DNA from: an uncultured Gemmatimonadales bacterium
GTDB lineage: Bacteria; Gemmatimonadota; Gemmatimonadetes; Gemmatimonadales; GWC2-71-9
Length of the DNA stretch: 64,000 bases
Direction of reading: 5' to 3'
Assembly (NCBI GenBank): GCA_963739455.1
Contig: CAVUAK010000001.1
Span: 1,312,001-1,376,000 of the forward strand
The notes beneath the pieces were generated by a model, which searched no databases, was not told where the DNA came from, and saw nothing but the letters and a program-made list of their open reading frames with translations. Of the stretch, positions 39,398-49,389 are shown in pieces. The first letter of the stretch is position 1. Every line of letters starts with the position of its first letter. Both the position numbers and the translations under genes were made by a program.

Positions 39398-39874
39398 CTA
39401 TGGCTCCCGAACCGCGAGCGTGGAAGAGAGGGCCGCCCGCATGATGGCGGCGCGGATGCGGGTGTAGGTACCGCAGCGGCAGATGTTGCCAGACATCGCG
39501 TTGTCGATGTCGCTATCGGTGGGATGCGGGTTGGCCGCGATGAGCGCAGCGGCGGACATGATCTGTCCCGACTGGCAGTATCCGCACTGCACCACGTCGA
39601 GATCGAGCCAGGCGTCCTGCACCTTTTTCCCGGCGGGGGTGTCACCCACGGCCTCGATGGTGGTGATCGTGCCGCCACTTGCCGCCATGACCGGGGTGAC
39701 GCATGACCGGATCGCCTGGCCGTTCAGGTGCACGGTGCAGGCGCCGCAGGCGCCAATACCACAGCCGAACTTGGTGCCGGTCATCTGGAGCACGTCGCGG
39801 ATGACCCAGAGGAGGGGCATGTCGTCGGGGACGTCGACGTCGCGCGGCGTGCCGTTCACGTTCAGGGTGGGCAT
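39398..39874 (-). CDS. (2Fe-2S)-binding subunit (IorA-like)
   Basis: [34 protein letters not shown]. Confidence 0.92.
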   Translation of the reverse strand: MPTLNVNGTPRDVDVPDDMPLLWVIRDVLQMTGTKFGCGIGACGACTVHLNGQAIRSCVTPVMAASGGTITTIEAVGDTPAGKKVQDAWLDLDVVQCGYCQSGQIMSAAALIAANPHPTDSDIDNAMSGNICRCGTYTRIRAAIMRAALSSTLAVREP

Positions 39875-39947
39875 CGGGGTTCCGTTCTGGAATTGCCAGA
39901 TTGCTTCGGCCACTGCGTGGCCTCGCGATGACACTTACAATACAACA

Positions 39948-40982
39948 ATGGAACTTGGACTCTGCAGCTTCGTGGAAATCTCGCCGGACCCCGCTACCGG
40001 CACCCTCATCGGCCCGGAACAACGGGTCAAGGACCTCATCGAAGAGGCCGAACTCGCCGACCAGCTCGGCCTCGACGTCTTCGGGATCGGTGAGCATCAC
40101 CGACCGGACTTCGTGGCGTCGGCGCCGGCGGTGGTACTGGCGGCGATCGCGATGCGCACCAGGCGACTTCGTCTCACGAGTGCCGTGACGGTGCTCAGCT
40201 CGGACGATCCGGTGCGCGTCTTCGAGGAATTCGCCACGCTGGACCTGTTGTCGGGTGGCCGAGCCGAAATCATGGCGGGGAGGGGATCCTTCACCGAGTC
40301 GTTCCCGCTGTTCGGGTACAATCTCGACGACTACGACGACCTGTTCGCCGAGAAGCTTGCGCTGCTGCTCAAGCTCCGGGAGGACGCACCGGTAACGTGG
40401 AAGGGCCGGCTTCGCCCTCCACTCCGGGAGACAGTGGCCTATCCGCGGCCGGTGCAGCAGCCGCTGCCAGTGTGGATCGGGGTGGGCGGCAATCCGCCGT
40501 CGGTGGTACGGGCCGCGACGCTCGGGCTACCGATGGCACTGGCGATCATCGGCGGGGCACCGGAGCGCTTCGTGCCGCTGGTGAACCTGTACCGCGATTC
40601 GGCGCGGAAGGCGGGGCATGACCCTGCGACGCTGCCGCTCAGCATCAACACCCACGCGTATGTCGCCGAGAAATCACAGCAGGCGGCCGACGAGTTCTAC
40701 CCGTCCTATGCATACGTCATGTCGAAGATCGGGCGGGAGCGTGGCTGGCCCCCGATGAACCGCGCGCAGTACGAGGTGCTCCGGTCGCCGCGAGGGGCGC
40801 TGGCGGTGGGGAGCCCACAGGAAGTGATCGACAAGATCCTCTTCCTGCACGAGCTGTTCGGGCAGCAGCGGTACATCGCGCAGTTCAGCGTCGGGACGAT
40901 ACCGCATGACAGGATGATGCGGTCGATCGAACTGTTCGGGACGGTGGTGGCGCCGGCGGTCAGGAAGAGCTTGGGCAGGTGA
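39948..40982 (+). CDS. LLM class flavin-dependent oxidoreductase
   Basis: [44 protein letters not shown] 6 nt before ATG. Confidence 0.92.
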   Translation: MELGLCSFVEISPDPATGTLIGPEQRVKDLIEEAELADQLGLDVFGIGEHHRPDFVASAPAVVLAAIAMRTRRLRLTSAVTVLSSDDPVRVFEEFATLDLLSGGRAEIMAGRGSFTESFPLFGYNLDDYDDLFAEKLALLLKLREDAPVTWKGRLRPPLRETVAYPRPVQQPLPVWIGVGGNPPSVVRAATLGLPMALAIIGGAPERFVPLVNLYRDSARKAGHDPATLPLSINTHAYVAEKSQQAADEFYPSYAYVMSKIGRERGWPPMNRAQYEVLRSPRGALAVGSPQEVIDKILFLHELFGQQRYIAQFSVGTIPHDRMMRSIELFGTVVAPAVRKSLGR

Positions 40983-40986
40983 CCGC

Positions 40987-41005
40987 GGGAACAGGGAACA
41001 GGGAA
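40987..41005 (+). repeat. Heptamer repeat (GGGAACA)n, short copy
   Basis: GGGAACA GGGAACA GGGAA between convergent stops. Confidence 0.7.
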
Positions 41006-41007
41006 GC

Positions 41008-42237
41008 TTATTCCTTCGGCGGCGGGGACTGGAGGCGCTCGACAATGTCCCGGGTCGAGTCGAGGATGCCGACATCGGGCAGCGCGTTCTCCGCGACCCA
41101 CGCCTGAAAGAACGGATTGTCGAAGATGACCGTCTTGCCATCGCGCGTGAGGATCTCGCGCTTCTCCAGCCACTCGACGGCCTGGGCCACCTCGGCGCTA
41201 CTGCGGAAGCCGAATCGCTGGAGGCTGTGGCGGGCGTAGAGCTTCGGTTCGCCGACGGCCACCGCGCGGAGCACGTTCTGCTGGCTGGGCGGCAGGTCAT
41301 CCCACAGGCGCCGGAATGCCTCGCCGTAGCTGTCGAGGAGCTCCTGGAGGGCATCATCCAGGGTGGCCGTCGTGACAGCCCCCACTGGGGCCGCGACGTC
41401 GTACACGGCTCGCGCGAGTTCCACGATATCCCGGGTGCGGGGTCCGGCGGTGGCCACCACGCGGGCGCCGATGCCACCGGGGGGCACACGGGCCCCGGCG
41501 AGTCGCTCGTCGATCCAGCGCGCCATGTGGCCGGGGTCGATGGGGCCGAGATGCAGCGGGCGAAAGAGCTTGTAGAAGGCCCGACCCTCGCCCTGCATGG
41601 CGGCGAGCAGGGAGAGTTCGGACCCGGCGCCGACGTAGGCCACGTGCTGATGACGCTCGATGATGCCCCGCAGGTGCCACTCGGCGCCCTCGCCACCAAA
41701 GCGCGCGATGGTCTGGAATTCATCGAGCACGATGCCGATGCGCGCCTTGCGCTGGGCCGCCACCTGGTCGATGGTGTCGAGCACGCGCTGGAGGGTGGCA
41801 CGCTGTTCCTCGAGGGAGTCGCTGCGGCCCTCGAGACTCAGGCTTGGCAGCGCCAGGCCGGTGACGGGGTCGAGTGAGAGGCTGACCCTGAGGGTCAATG
41901 CCTTGAGGAACCCGGCGAGCACGTCCTGCCACCTCCGCCCGATGGCCCGGCTGGCCCCCTGCAGGATCCGGTTGGCGATGTCGGTGACGGTGGTGGCGCC
42001 GGACAGGTCGGCCCGAAACGCGACGCCCTTTCGCGCGGTGACGCTGGCGATGGCCCGGTCGAGCGTGGAGCTCTTGCCCATGCGCCGGGGCCCGAACACC
42101 AGGAGCTTGTCGCCGGGGGACAGCAGGGCCTTCTCGATGCGGCGCAGTTCGTCCGCCCGGTTGGTGAAGAAGCCCTCGGCCACGACGCCGCCAATGCGGA
42201 AGGGGTTGATGGGCGGAAAACCGGCCGGGCGTGACAT
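41008..42237 (-). CDS. P-loop ATPase (archaeal-ATPase/AAA-like) with C-terminal winged helix
   Basis: NPF.IGG...FTNRADEL, Walker A GPRRMGKSS, Walker B IVLDEFQ, C-terminal FDNPFFQAW. Confidence 0.85.
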   Translation of the reverse strand: MSRPAGFPPINPFRIGGVVAEGFFTNRADELRRIEKALLSPGDKLLVFGPRRMGKSSTLDRAIASVTARKGVAFRADLSGATTVTDIANRILQGASRAIGRRWQDVLAGFLKALTLRVSLSLDPVTGLALPSLSLEGRSDSLEEQRATLQRVLDTIDQVAAQRKARIGIVLDEFQTIARFGGEGAEWHLRGIIERHQHVAYVGAGSELSLLAAMQGEGRAFYKLFRPLHLGPIDPGHMARWIDERLAGARVPPGGIGARVVATAGPRTRDIVELARAVYDVAAPVGAVTTATLDDALQELLDSYGEAFRRLWDDLPPSQQNVLRAVAVGEPKLYARHSLQRFGFRSSAEVAQAVEWLEKREILTRDGKTVIFDNPFFQAWVAENALPDVGILDSTRDIVERLQSPPPKE

Positions 42238-42241
42238 GGAT

Positions 42242-42319
42242 GTAATATAGTTATTAGTAATACGAATGCTAGCTCATTTTGGTCTCCAGCGACAAAATTG
42301 CAGTAATACACTTATTAGT
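42242..42319. promoter_or_regulatory. Two TAATA-N4-TATTA operator-like sites in an AT-rich divergent promoter region
   Basis: GTAATATAGTTATTAGT (42242-42258) and GTAATACACTTATTAGT (42303-42319). Confidence 0.55.
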
Positions 42320-42331
42320 TAGTTCATCTCG

Positions 42332-43507
42332 ATGCACTTCGGCTCCCGCTCCCTGCTGCTCCTCCTCGGCGCCGTCAACGGTGCCATCCTCGCCGTGCCA
42401 TTGCTGCGCGCCCGGGTCAACCGGACGGCGAACCGCCTGCTGGCCGCCCTGATCCTCGTCACCGCCATCCGGCTGATCCCGTACGTCGTGGGCTATGCGG
42501 GGGCATATGACGAGCACCGATGGCTCACCTTCGCCCCGTTCGACCTCACCTTCGCGTTCGGGCCACTGCTCTGGGGCTATGTCGTGGTGCTCACCACCGG
42601 TGCGCTCCCGAGCCGGTGGCGGTGGCACTTCGTGCCCGTCGCGCTGCAGCTGGCATACTCGCTCGCCTGCTTCACGCTCCCGATCGATGCCAAGTGGGAC
42701 TGGTATACGGGGTGGCACCTGCACCTGGTGGACCCGGTCATGCTCGGCCTGTTGCTGGTGTCGCTCAGCGGGTACCTGGTGGCGGCGGGGCGCCAGTACC
42801 GACGCTATCTCACCTGGCTGGATGACCACCTCAGCAACAACGACGACGTACGCCTTGCCTGGCTCCGCAACATCCTCCTCGCCTTTGCGGCGACGGTCGC
42901 CGTCACCACCGGCTTCGCCCTCGCGGGATGGTTCGTGACCCCGCTCAACTTCTTCGATCGGTTCCCGGTGATGGTATGGCTCGCCGGGCTCACCTATTTC
43001 CTGGGTCTCGCGGGCTGGCGTGATGGTGAGCGACGCTATCCGCTCCCGTCGGATGTTGCCGACGGGCCGGCGCTGGTCCCATCCCGGCCCGAGCCGCGCG
43101 TCGACTACGCCGCCATCGCGAAGGGGTGGGTGAGCACCATCGAGGCAGGGGCGTGGTGCCGCGATGAGACGCTGACCCGGGAGCGGCTCGCCGAGCGACT
43201 GGGGACCTCGCCGAGGACACTGTCGCGCGTGCTGAATGAGGGGAGGGGGGAGAGCTTCCACCGCTTCATCAATGGGCTCAGGGTGCGGGCCGTGCAGCGG
43301 GAACTGGAGGATCCGGCTTCCGACCGGGACCTCCTGCAGGTGGCGCTCGATGCCGGCTTCTCGGCGAAGGCATCGTTCAACCGCGTCTTCAAGTCGGTGA
43401 CGGGCATGACACCCTCCACCTACCGGGAAATGGCCCGCTCGGGAGGTCTCACTTCGGGCCAAACCGTTGGAACGGCGGAAGCTGAGACGCAGACAAGGGG
43501 GGAGTAG
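42332..43507 (+). CDS. Membrane-bound AraC family regulator
   Basis: About 7 TM helices then LAERLGTSPRTLSRVLN...SFHRFINGLR...ALDAGFSAKASFNRVFK. Confidence 0.9.
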   Translation: MHFGSRSLLLLLGAVNGAILAVPLLRARVNRTANRLLAALILVTAIRLIPYVVGYAGAYDEHRWLTFAPFDLTFAFGPLLWGYVVVLTTGALPSRWRWHFVPVALQLAYSLACFTLPIDAKWDWYTGWHLHLVDPVMLGLLLVSLSGYLVAAGRQYRRYLTWLDDHLSNNDDVRLAWLRNILLAFAATVAVTTGFALAGWFVTPLNFFDRFPVMVWLAGLTYFLGLAGWRDGERRYPLPSDVADGPALVPSRPEPRVDYAAIAKGWVSTIEAGAWCRDETLTRERLAERLGTSPRTLSRVLNEGRGESFHRFINGLRVRAVQRELEDPASDRDLLQVALDAGFSAKASFNRVFKSVTGMTPSTYREMARSGGLTSGQTVGTAEAETQTRGE

Positions 43508-43546
43508 GGTAGGATCGCCGGTCCCTCAACCCGGCGCCGTTCATCG

Positions 43547-45052
43547 ATGAGAGCAATTCCACTCCTGCTGGCGTTCCTGACGTTGGGTGCGGGAGGCGCA
43601 CCTGCCCAGGCACCCGGCCCCATTGCTGCCCACCCCGACACTGGCACGCTGTCCGCAGCGGCGCTGCAGGCCGACGTGCAGGTGCTCCGGCAGGCGTATG
43701 AGGCACTGCATCCGGGCCTCTATCGATACAACACGCCGGCGGCGATGAACCTCCACTTCGACTCGCTGGCGGCGGCCCTGGGTCACGACCAGTCGCTGGC
43801 GCAGGCGTACGTCACTATCGCGCGCTTCCTCAACCTGATCGAGTGCGGGCACACCTTCCCCAACCCCTTCAACCAGAAGGACCGGGTCCTGGGCGAGGTG
43901 GTGACTGCCGGCGGGAGGGTGCCCTTCTACTTCCGCTGGCTCGATGGACGGATGATCGTCACCCGCAACGTGTCGAGTGACTCATCGCTGTCGCGGGGCA
44001 CCGAGGTGCTGGCGATCAACGGGGTGTCGTCGGCAGAGCTCCTGCGACAGCTCACGCCACTGTCGCGCGCTGATGGCAGCAACGATGCGAAGCGGGTGGC
44101 CAACCTCGAGGTGCTCGAGGTGGAGAGGTACAGTGCGTTCGACGTGTACTACCCGCTTGTCTTCAATGTGCCGGCTGGGCCGTGGATGTTCGAGGTGAAG
44201 TCGCCCGCGGGGCAGGTGCGGCGGGTGGCACTGATGCCGGTGAATGCGGCGGCACGCTCGGCGGTGGCGGACTCGGTCGGGAGCGAGGGACAGGACTCAC
44301 TGACGCCGCCGTGGACACTCCGCCAGGCGGACGGCGGCATCGCCGTGCTCAGCATGCCGACATGGGTGACGTACAACAACCACTGGGACTGGCAGGGGTT
44401 CATCCATCGCGCGTTCGCCGAGCTCGTGGCACGGGGCACGCCGAACCTGGTGATCGACCTGCGCGGGAACGAAGGAGGGACGAGCGTAGGCGAAGTCATC
44501 CTGCAGCACCTCGTCGACGCGCCGCTGGCGCTCTCCACCTCCGATCATTTCACTCGCTACCGGAGCATTCCGCCGAGCCTCAGGCCCTACCTCGATACAT
44601 GGGATCGATCGTTCGACGACTGGGGTGCCGCGGCGACGCCATCTGCAAGCCGGCCCGGCTTCTACCGGATGACGAAGTACGACGATGACCAGGAGGGCGT
44701 CGTCATCCAGCCGGCCGCACCGCGGTATCGGGGCAAGGTGTGGGTGCTGGTCGGCCCGGAGAACAGTTCGGCGACGTTCGAGTTCGCACTCGCGGTGAAG
44801 CAGCACAACCTGGCGACGCTGGTGGGACGCCCGACGGGTGGCAACCAGCGCGGCATCAATGGCGGCGCGTTCTACTTCCTGCGGCTGCCCAATTCGGGGA
44901 TCGAAGTGGACCTGCCGCTGATTGCCCAGTTCCCCAGGGAGCCGCAGCCAGATGCCGGGATTACGCCCGATGTGCTGGTGGAGCCGTCGGTGCAGGACAT
45001 CGCGGCGGGAGTGGATGCGGAGCTGGAGGCGGTGCGGGCGCGGACAAGATAG
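43547..45052 (+). CDS. S41 family peptidase, secreted
   Basis: HPGLYRY, VIDLRGNEGG, NSSATFEF, LVGRPTGG, GITPD. Confidence 0.88.
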   Translation: MRAIPLLLAFLTLGAGGAPAQAPGPIAAHPDTGTLSAAALQADVQVLRQAYEALHPGLYRYNTPAAMNLHFDSLAAALGHDQSLAQAYVTIARFLNLIECGHTFPNPFNQKDRVLGEVVTAGGRVPFYFRWLDGRMIVTRNVSSDSSLSRGTEVLAINGVSSAELLRQLTPLSRADGSNDAKRVANLEVLEVERYSAFDVYYPLVFNVPAGPWMFEVKSPAGQVRRVALMPVNAAARSAVADSVGSEGQDSLTPPWTLRQADGGIAVLSMPTWVTYNNHWDWQGFIHRAFAELVARGTPNLVIDLRGNEGGTSVGEVILQHLVDAPLALSTSDHFTRYRSIPPSLRPYLDTWDRSFDDWGAAATPSASRPGFYRMTKYDDDQEGVVIQPAAPRYRGKVWVLVGPENSSATFEFALAVKQHNLATLVGRPTGGNQRGINGGAFYFLRLPNSGIEVDLPLIAQFPREPQPDAGITPDVLVEPSVQDIAAGVDAELEAVRARTR

Positions 45053-45053
45053 G

Positions 45054-45101
45054 AACTGCGGGAACAGGGAACAGGGAACAGGGAACAGGGAACAGCGAAC
45101 A
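45054..45101 (+). repeat. AACTGC-(GGGAACA)x5 heptamer array
   Basis: Five perfect GGGAACA units (45060-45094) plus GCGAACA. Confidence 0.9.
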
Positions 45102-45139
45102 GGAAGGGGCGACTCGCCTTTCCGGTACTATTCTTCTGT

Positions 45140-46087
45140 ATGCCCCTACTTGGATTGCACCACGTCACCGCCATCACTGGCGACGCGCCAGCCAACCTGC
45201 GCTTCTACCGGGACGTTCTGGGCCTGCGCCTGGTGAAGAAGACGGTGAACCAGGACGATGTCTCGGCTTACCACCTCTTCTATGCCGACGCGAAGGGAAC
45301 TCCAGGCACCGACGTCACCTTCTTCGACTGGCCGCGGGCTGCGCCGCACCAGGCGGGAGTGAGCGACATCTCGCGCATCGGGCTCAGGGTGCCGAGCGGT
45401 GCGTTGCCGGCGTGGGAAGCTCGATTCGCCGAAAGAGGCGTGAAGCACGATCCGGTCGCGCCGGTTGCGGGCCGGCCGACGCTGCACTTTACCGATCCAG
45501 AGGGACAGCGCCTGGCGCTCGTCGCCACCGACGAGCCGGCGACGCCACCCGTCTCGGTGCCATGGACGGCAGGAGGAGTGAGCGAAAGCGAGGCGATCCG
45601 GGGATTGGGCCCGATCTCGCTCACGGTGCGGAAGGCCGACTCCACCGTCGCGGTGCTCACCGAGATCATGGGCTTCTCGCCCATCAGTGATACCGAAGTA
45701 GATGGTGGCCGCGATCTCGTGCTCCGCTTGGGCGATTCCGGCGCTGCGGGTGAATTGCAGGTCGAGGAGCGTCGGGCGCTCCCCATGGCGCGCCAGGGCC
45801 GGGGCGGCGTGCACCATGTCGCGTTCCGCACCCACGATGACGCATCTCAGAAGGAGTGGCTGGACCGGCTGCAGCGCTCCGGCGTGCCGAACTCCGGGAT
45901 CATCGACCGCTTCTATTTCCGCTCGCTCTACTTCCGCGAACCCAACGGCATCCTCTTCGAGCTCGCCACCGATGGACCGGGATTCTCGGCCGACGAGTCA
46001 GCCGAAAGCCTGGGCGCAAAGCTCGCGCTGCCGCCTTTCCTCGAGCCTCGCCGCGCGAGTATCGAGGCGGGGCTGGTGCCGCTTTGA
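45140..46087 (+). CDS. Ring-cleaving dioxygenase (VOC/glyoxalase family, MhqO-like)
   Basis: GLHHVTAI, LVKKTVNQDD..AYHLFY, GGVHHVAFR, DRFYFRSLYFREPNGILFELATDGPGF. Confidence 0.92.
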   Translation: MPLLGLHHVTAITGDAPANLRFYRDVLGLRLVKKTVNQDDVSAYHLFYADAKGTPGTDVTFFDWPRAAPHQAGVSDISRIGLRVPSGALPAWEARFAERGVKHDPVAPVAGRPTLHFTDPEGQRLALVATDEPATPPVSVPWTAGGVSESEAIRGLGPISLTVRKADSTVAVLTEIMGFSPISDTEVDGGRDLVLRLGDSGAAGELQVEERRALPMARQGRGGVHHVAFRTHDDASQKEWLDRLQRSGVPNSGIIDRFYFRSLYFREPNGILFELATDGPGFSADESAESLGAKLALPPFLEPRRASIEAGLVPL

Positions 46088-46641
46088 CCATCCTGCTCGC
46101 GCTTCTCGCGGCGATCGTGCTGTATGTCATCCTGGCATTCAACTCGCTTACCCGACTCCGGCTGCTCGCGAACAACGCCTGGGCAGACATCGATGTACAG
46201 CTCAAGCGACGGCACGACCTGGTTCCGCGCCTGGTGGAGACGGTGAAGGGGCACACCGGGTATGAGCGGGGCACGATCGAGGCAGTGGTAGCAGCCCGGA
46301 ACCGCGCCACCGCTGCCACCGGGCCATCGGCGAGTGGGGTCGCCGAGGGTGAGCTCACCGGTGCAGTGCGACAGGTATTCGCCCTGGCCGAGGCGTATCC
46401 CGACCTCAAGGCGGGAGAGAGCTTCCTGTCGCTTCAGCGATCGCTCGTCGAGATCGAGGATCACATCCAGAACGCGCGCCGCTACTACAACGCGGTGGTG
46501 CGCGACCTGAACACGAAGATTGCGCAGTTCCCCTCCAACCTGATCGCCGGTCCCTTCGGCATCGCGCCGCGCGAGTTCTTCGGGCTGGCTGATACCTCCG
46601 AGGCGGCGGCGCCCGGCATCGAATTCGGCAAGCAGTCGTGA
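46084..46641 (+). CDS. lemA: LemA family protein
   Basis: TTG start overlapping the upstream TGA; NAWADIDVQLKRRHDLVP, AEAYPDLKA, ARRYYN, FPSNLIA. Confidence 0.92.
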   Translation: MTILLALLAAIVLYVILAFNSLTRLRLLANNAWADIDVQLKRRHDLVPRLVETVKGHTGYERGTIEAVVAARNRATAATGPSASGVAEGELTGAVRQVFALAEAYPDLKAGESFLSLQRSLVEIEDHIQNARRYYNAVVRDLNTKIAQFPSNLIAGPFGIAPREFFGLADTSEAAAPGIEFGKQS

Positions 46642-48362
46642 GGCGCGCCGTGCTGGTGGCGCTTGCCACGCTCACCGTTTCCACCACAGCACAGGCCCAG
46701 CGTACGCTGGCAATCCAGGATTTCCACGCACAGATCGTGGTGAACACGGACGGTAGTATCGACGTCACCGAGACGATCACGGCGCGCTTCGACGGCAAGT
46801 GGAACGGGATCTATCGCACGGTGCCGGTGGACTATCACAATCCGCAGGGATTCAACTGGTCACTGCGGCTCAGCGAGACAGCGGCAACAGGCCCCGACGG
46901 CGGCGCACTCAAGGTCGAAAGCAGCCGCATGGGGCACTACCAGAAGTTCAAGATCTGGGTGCCGGGTGCCGAGGACGTGACGAAGACGGTGTCGTTCCAC
47001 TACAGGGCGGTGAACGGCCTTCGGTTCTTCGAGGATCACGACGAGCTCTACTGGAACATCACCGGCGACGAGTGGGACGTGCCGATCGAGTCGGCGAGTG
47101 CCACGATCACGCTTCCCGAGGGTGCTGCGGGAGTCCGGGCGATTGCCTTCAACGGCGACTACGGCAGCCGGGCGCAGGACGCGGTGGTGAACATCGATGG
47201 CAGGACGGTGAGCGTGCGCATGCCGCATCCGCTCGGCTTCCACGAGGGTGTCACCGGCGTGGTGGGATGGAACACCGGCCTGGTGAAGCGCCCAACGGCG
47301 GCGGCAAAGGTGATGGGCTTCTTCGCCAGCAACTGGCCGCTGATGCTGCCGCTGCCGGTGCTGCTCGGCATGCTGACACTCTGGTGGAAACGTGGTCGCG
47401 ACCCGCGGAAGCGCCCGGTGACGGTGCAGTACGAGCCGCCGAAGGATGTATCCCCGGCCGAGGCCGGAGTGCTGATCGACGAGAAGGTGGACATGCGTGA
47501 CGTGATGGCCACGCTCGTCGACATGGCGGTGCGCGGCTACATCCGCATCGAGGAAAAGGAGGAGCCGCACCTCTTCGGGCTCTGGACGTCGAAGGAATAC
47601 GTGTTTCACCGACTCAAGCCACCAGCGGAATGGCGCGACCTGCAGCGGCATGAGCAGCTCCTGCTGGAGGGCTTGTTCGACGGACACGGCACCTCGGTGG
47701 AACTGTCCGACCTCAAGAACCAGTTCTACCGGAGCCTGGGCGGGATCCAGACGGCGGTGACCCGCCGGCTGGTGGACCAGGGGCACTACCGCGCCGATCC
47801 CGCCACGGTGCGGGGGCGCTGGCGCTTCGGCGCCATCTTCGCCGGCTTCGTCACCTTCGCGCTTGGCGGTGTCGTCGGCGCGAAGTTCGGGTTTACGCCG
47901 CTGCCCTTCATGGTGGCCGGGGTGAGCATTGCGCTGATCATCGCCATCATCGGGCAGCTGATGCCTGCGCGGACGGTGCCGGGCACGCGCACGCTGGAGC
48001 AGGTGCTCGGGTTCGAGGAGTTCCTGTCGCGGGTGGAGAAGGAGAACTACGCGCGGGTGGTGAAGACTCCGGAGATGTTCGAGCGGTTCCTGCCCTATGC
48101 GATGGCGTTCGGGGTGGAGCGGACCTGGGCGAAGGCATTCAAGGACATCGTGCGCGCGCCGCCGCAGTGGTACAGCGGGGGGAACATGTCGGTTTTCGAT
48201 GCATCCCATTTCAGCAACCGCATCGGTGCCCTGTCCAGCAGCGCGGGGAGCGCCATGACGTCGTCGCCGCGGAGCTCGGGCGGTTCGGGCTTCAGCAGCG
48301 GTGGGTCGTCGGGCGGGTCATCGGGTGGTGGATCAGGGGGCGGCGGTGGCGGGGGCTTTTAG
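46638..48362 (+). CDS. DUF2207 membrane protein
   Basis: DGSIDVTETI, DELYWNITG..W, FERFLPYAMAFG, Gly/Ser-rich tail; follows lemA as is common. Confidence 0.9.
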   Translation: MRRAVLVALATLTVSTTAQAQRTLAIQDFHAQIVVNTDGSIDVTETITARFDGKWNGIYRTVPVDYHNPQGFNWSLRLSETAATGPDGGALKVESSRMGHYQKFKIWVPGAEDVTKTVSFHYRAVNGLRFFEDHDELYWNITGDEWDVPIESASATITLPEGAAGVRAIAFNGDYGSRAQDAVVNIDGRTVSVRMPHPLGFHEGVTGVVGWNTGLVKRPTAAAKVMGFFASNWPLMLPLPVLLGMLTLWWKRGRDPRKRPVTVQYEPPKDVSPAEAGVLIDEKVDMRDVMATLVDMAVRGYIRIEEKEEPHLFGLWTSKEYVFHRLKPPAEWRDLQRHEQLLLEGLFDGHGTSVELSDLKNQFYRSLGGIQTAVTRRLVDQGHYRADPATVRGRWRFGAIFAGFVTFALGGVVGAKFGFTPLPFMVAGVSIALIIAIIGQLMPARTVPGTRTLEQVLGFEEFLSRVEKENYARVVKTPEMFERFLPYAMAFGVERTWAKAFKDIVRAPPQWYSGGNMSVFDASHFSNRIGALSSSAGSAMTSSPRSSGGSGFSSGGSSGGSSGGGSGGGGGGGF

Positions 48363-49283
48363 CGGTGCCTTCCTGCCGCCCCACCAGTAGATCCACGTTG
48401 TGCCGATGGTGTTGAAGTTGCCTCCCGTGCGAGCGTACAGGCCGGTGGTGCCGAAGATGCGGAGCGCGTTGTGGCGATTCACGGGAAAGACGAGTGTGGC
48501 GCCGAGGCGCCCGTTCTGCTGGAACTCAGGGTCCTTCACGCCGTCCGTGGTAATCCTGCCCCCGCCGTACAGCGTACCGCCCACCGCGCCCCAGATGCCC
48601 GACCTGAAGGTGTAGACGACGTTCAACTGTCCGGAGTAGAGTGGCGCCTGCTGGCGAACGTGGCCATTGAAGAAATCACCGTTCGCGGTGTAGAAAGTGA
48701 CCGCGCCGAGGAATTCGAGCGTCAACCGACCAAGGGCCTGGGAGAGGCCGACCTGGGGCCGGAACGACCAGCGGTGAGTGCCGACGTTGATGAGCTTTGT
48801 GTTGTCATACTGTCCGATGGGCGCGGTCACGGTGAGGTTCGCGCCCATGAGCAGGCCCTGGTGGTAATGCGGCAACTCGCTCAGCGAGAGCGCCGGGGCG
48901 CCGAGGAAGTTCACCGATACCGCGCCAGTGAAGTCGCTCAGCCCGCAGACATTGCGGGACTCCGCGACGCCTCGAACCTCGCCCGTGCCGTGTATGCAGG
49001 CGAAGGCGTTGCCAAAATTGGCCTTGGCCGACATGCCGAAGAAATTGAAGGCGTGCGAATAGCCGGCGAGGGGGCCATGAAAGGTCACGTGGGCGTTCTC
49101 GATCGGCACGGACGGATCGAACGAGACACTTCCCCAGGAGTAGCCATATCCGCCGATCAGGAAGTTCATCCCGACGGGGGTGTTGACGAAAAAGCGGGGG
49201 TCGAGGGTCTGGGCGCGCGCCGGTGCCGAGGTGCCCAGCAGGAGGAGGCCCAGAAGGGGCACGGTGATAGAGTAGGGGCGCAC
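48333..49283 (-). CDS. Outer-membrane beta-barrel transporter (phenol MetA-pathway family)
   Basis: Signal peptide, QTLDPRFFVNTPVGMNF, APIGQYDNTKLINVGTHRWSFRPQVG; start uncertain. Confidence 0.8.
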   Translation of the reverse strand: MRPYSITVPLLGLLLLGTSAPARAQTLDPRFFVNTPVGMNFLIGGYGYSWGSVSFDPSVPIENAHVTFHGPLAGYSHAFNFFGMSAKANFGNAFACIHGTGEVRGVAESRNVCGLSDFTGAVSVNFLGAPALSLSELPHYHQGLLMGANLTVTAPIGQYDNTKLINVGTHRWSFRPQVGLSQALGRLTLEFLGAVTFYTANGDFFNGHVRQQAPLYSGQLNVVYTFRSGIWGAVGGTLYGGGRITTDGVKDPEFQQNGRLGATLVFPVNRHNALRIFGTTGLYARTGGNFNTIGTTWIYWWGGRKAPLKAPATAAP

Positions 49284-49344
49284 GGACGAACAAGGTACGG
49301 CATCGATGCCAACTGCGGGAAGAGGGAAGCGGGAAGAGGGGGTC

Positions 49345-49373
49345 TTGCGCGATTTCCCGATAACCTGTACTGT
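49345..49373 (+). promoter_or_regulatory. Sigma70-type promoter of the tRNA/rtcB operon
   Basis: TTGCGC-17 nt-TACTGT. Confidence 0.55.
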
Positions 49374-49389
49374 GTCTGCGCTTGACCGG

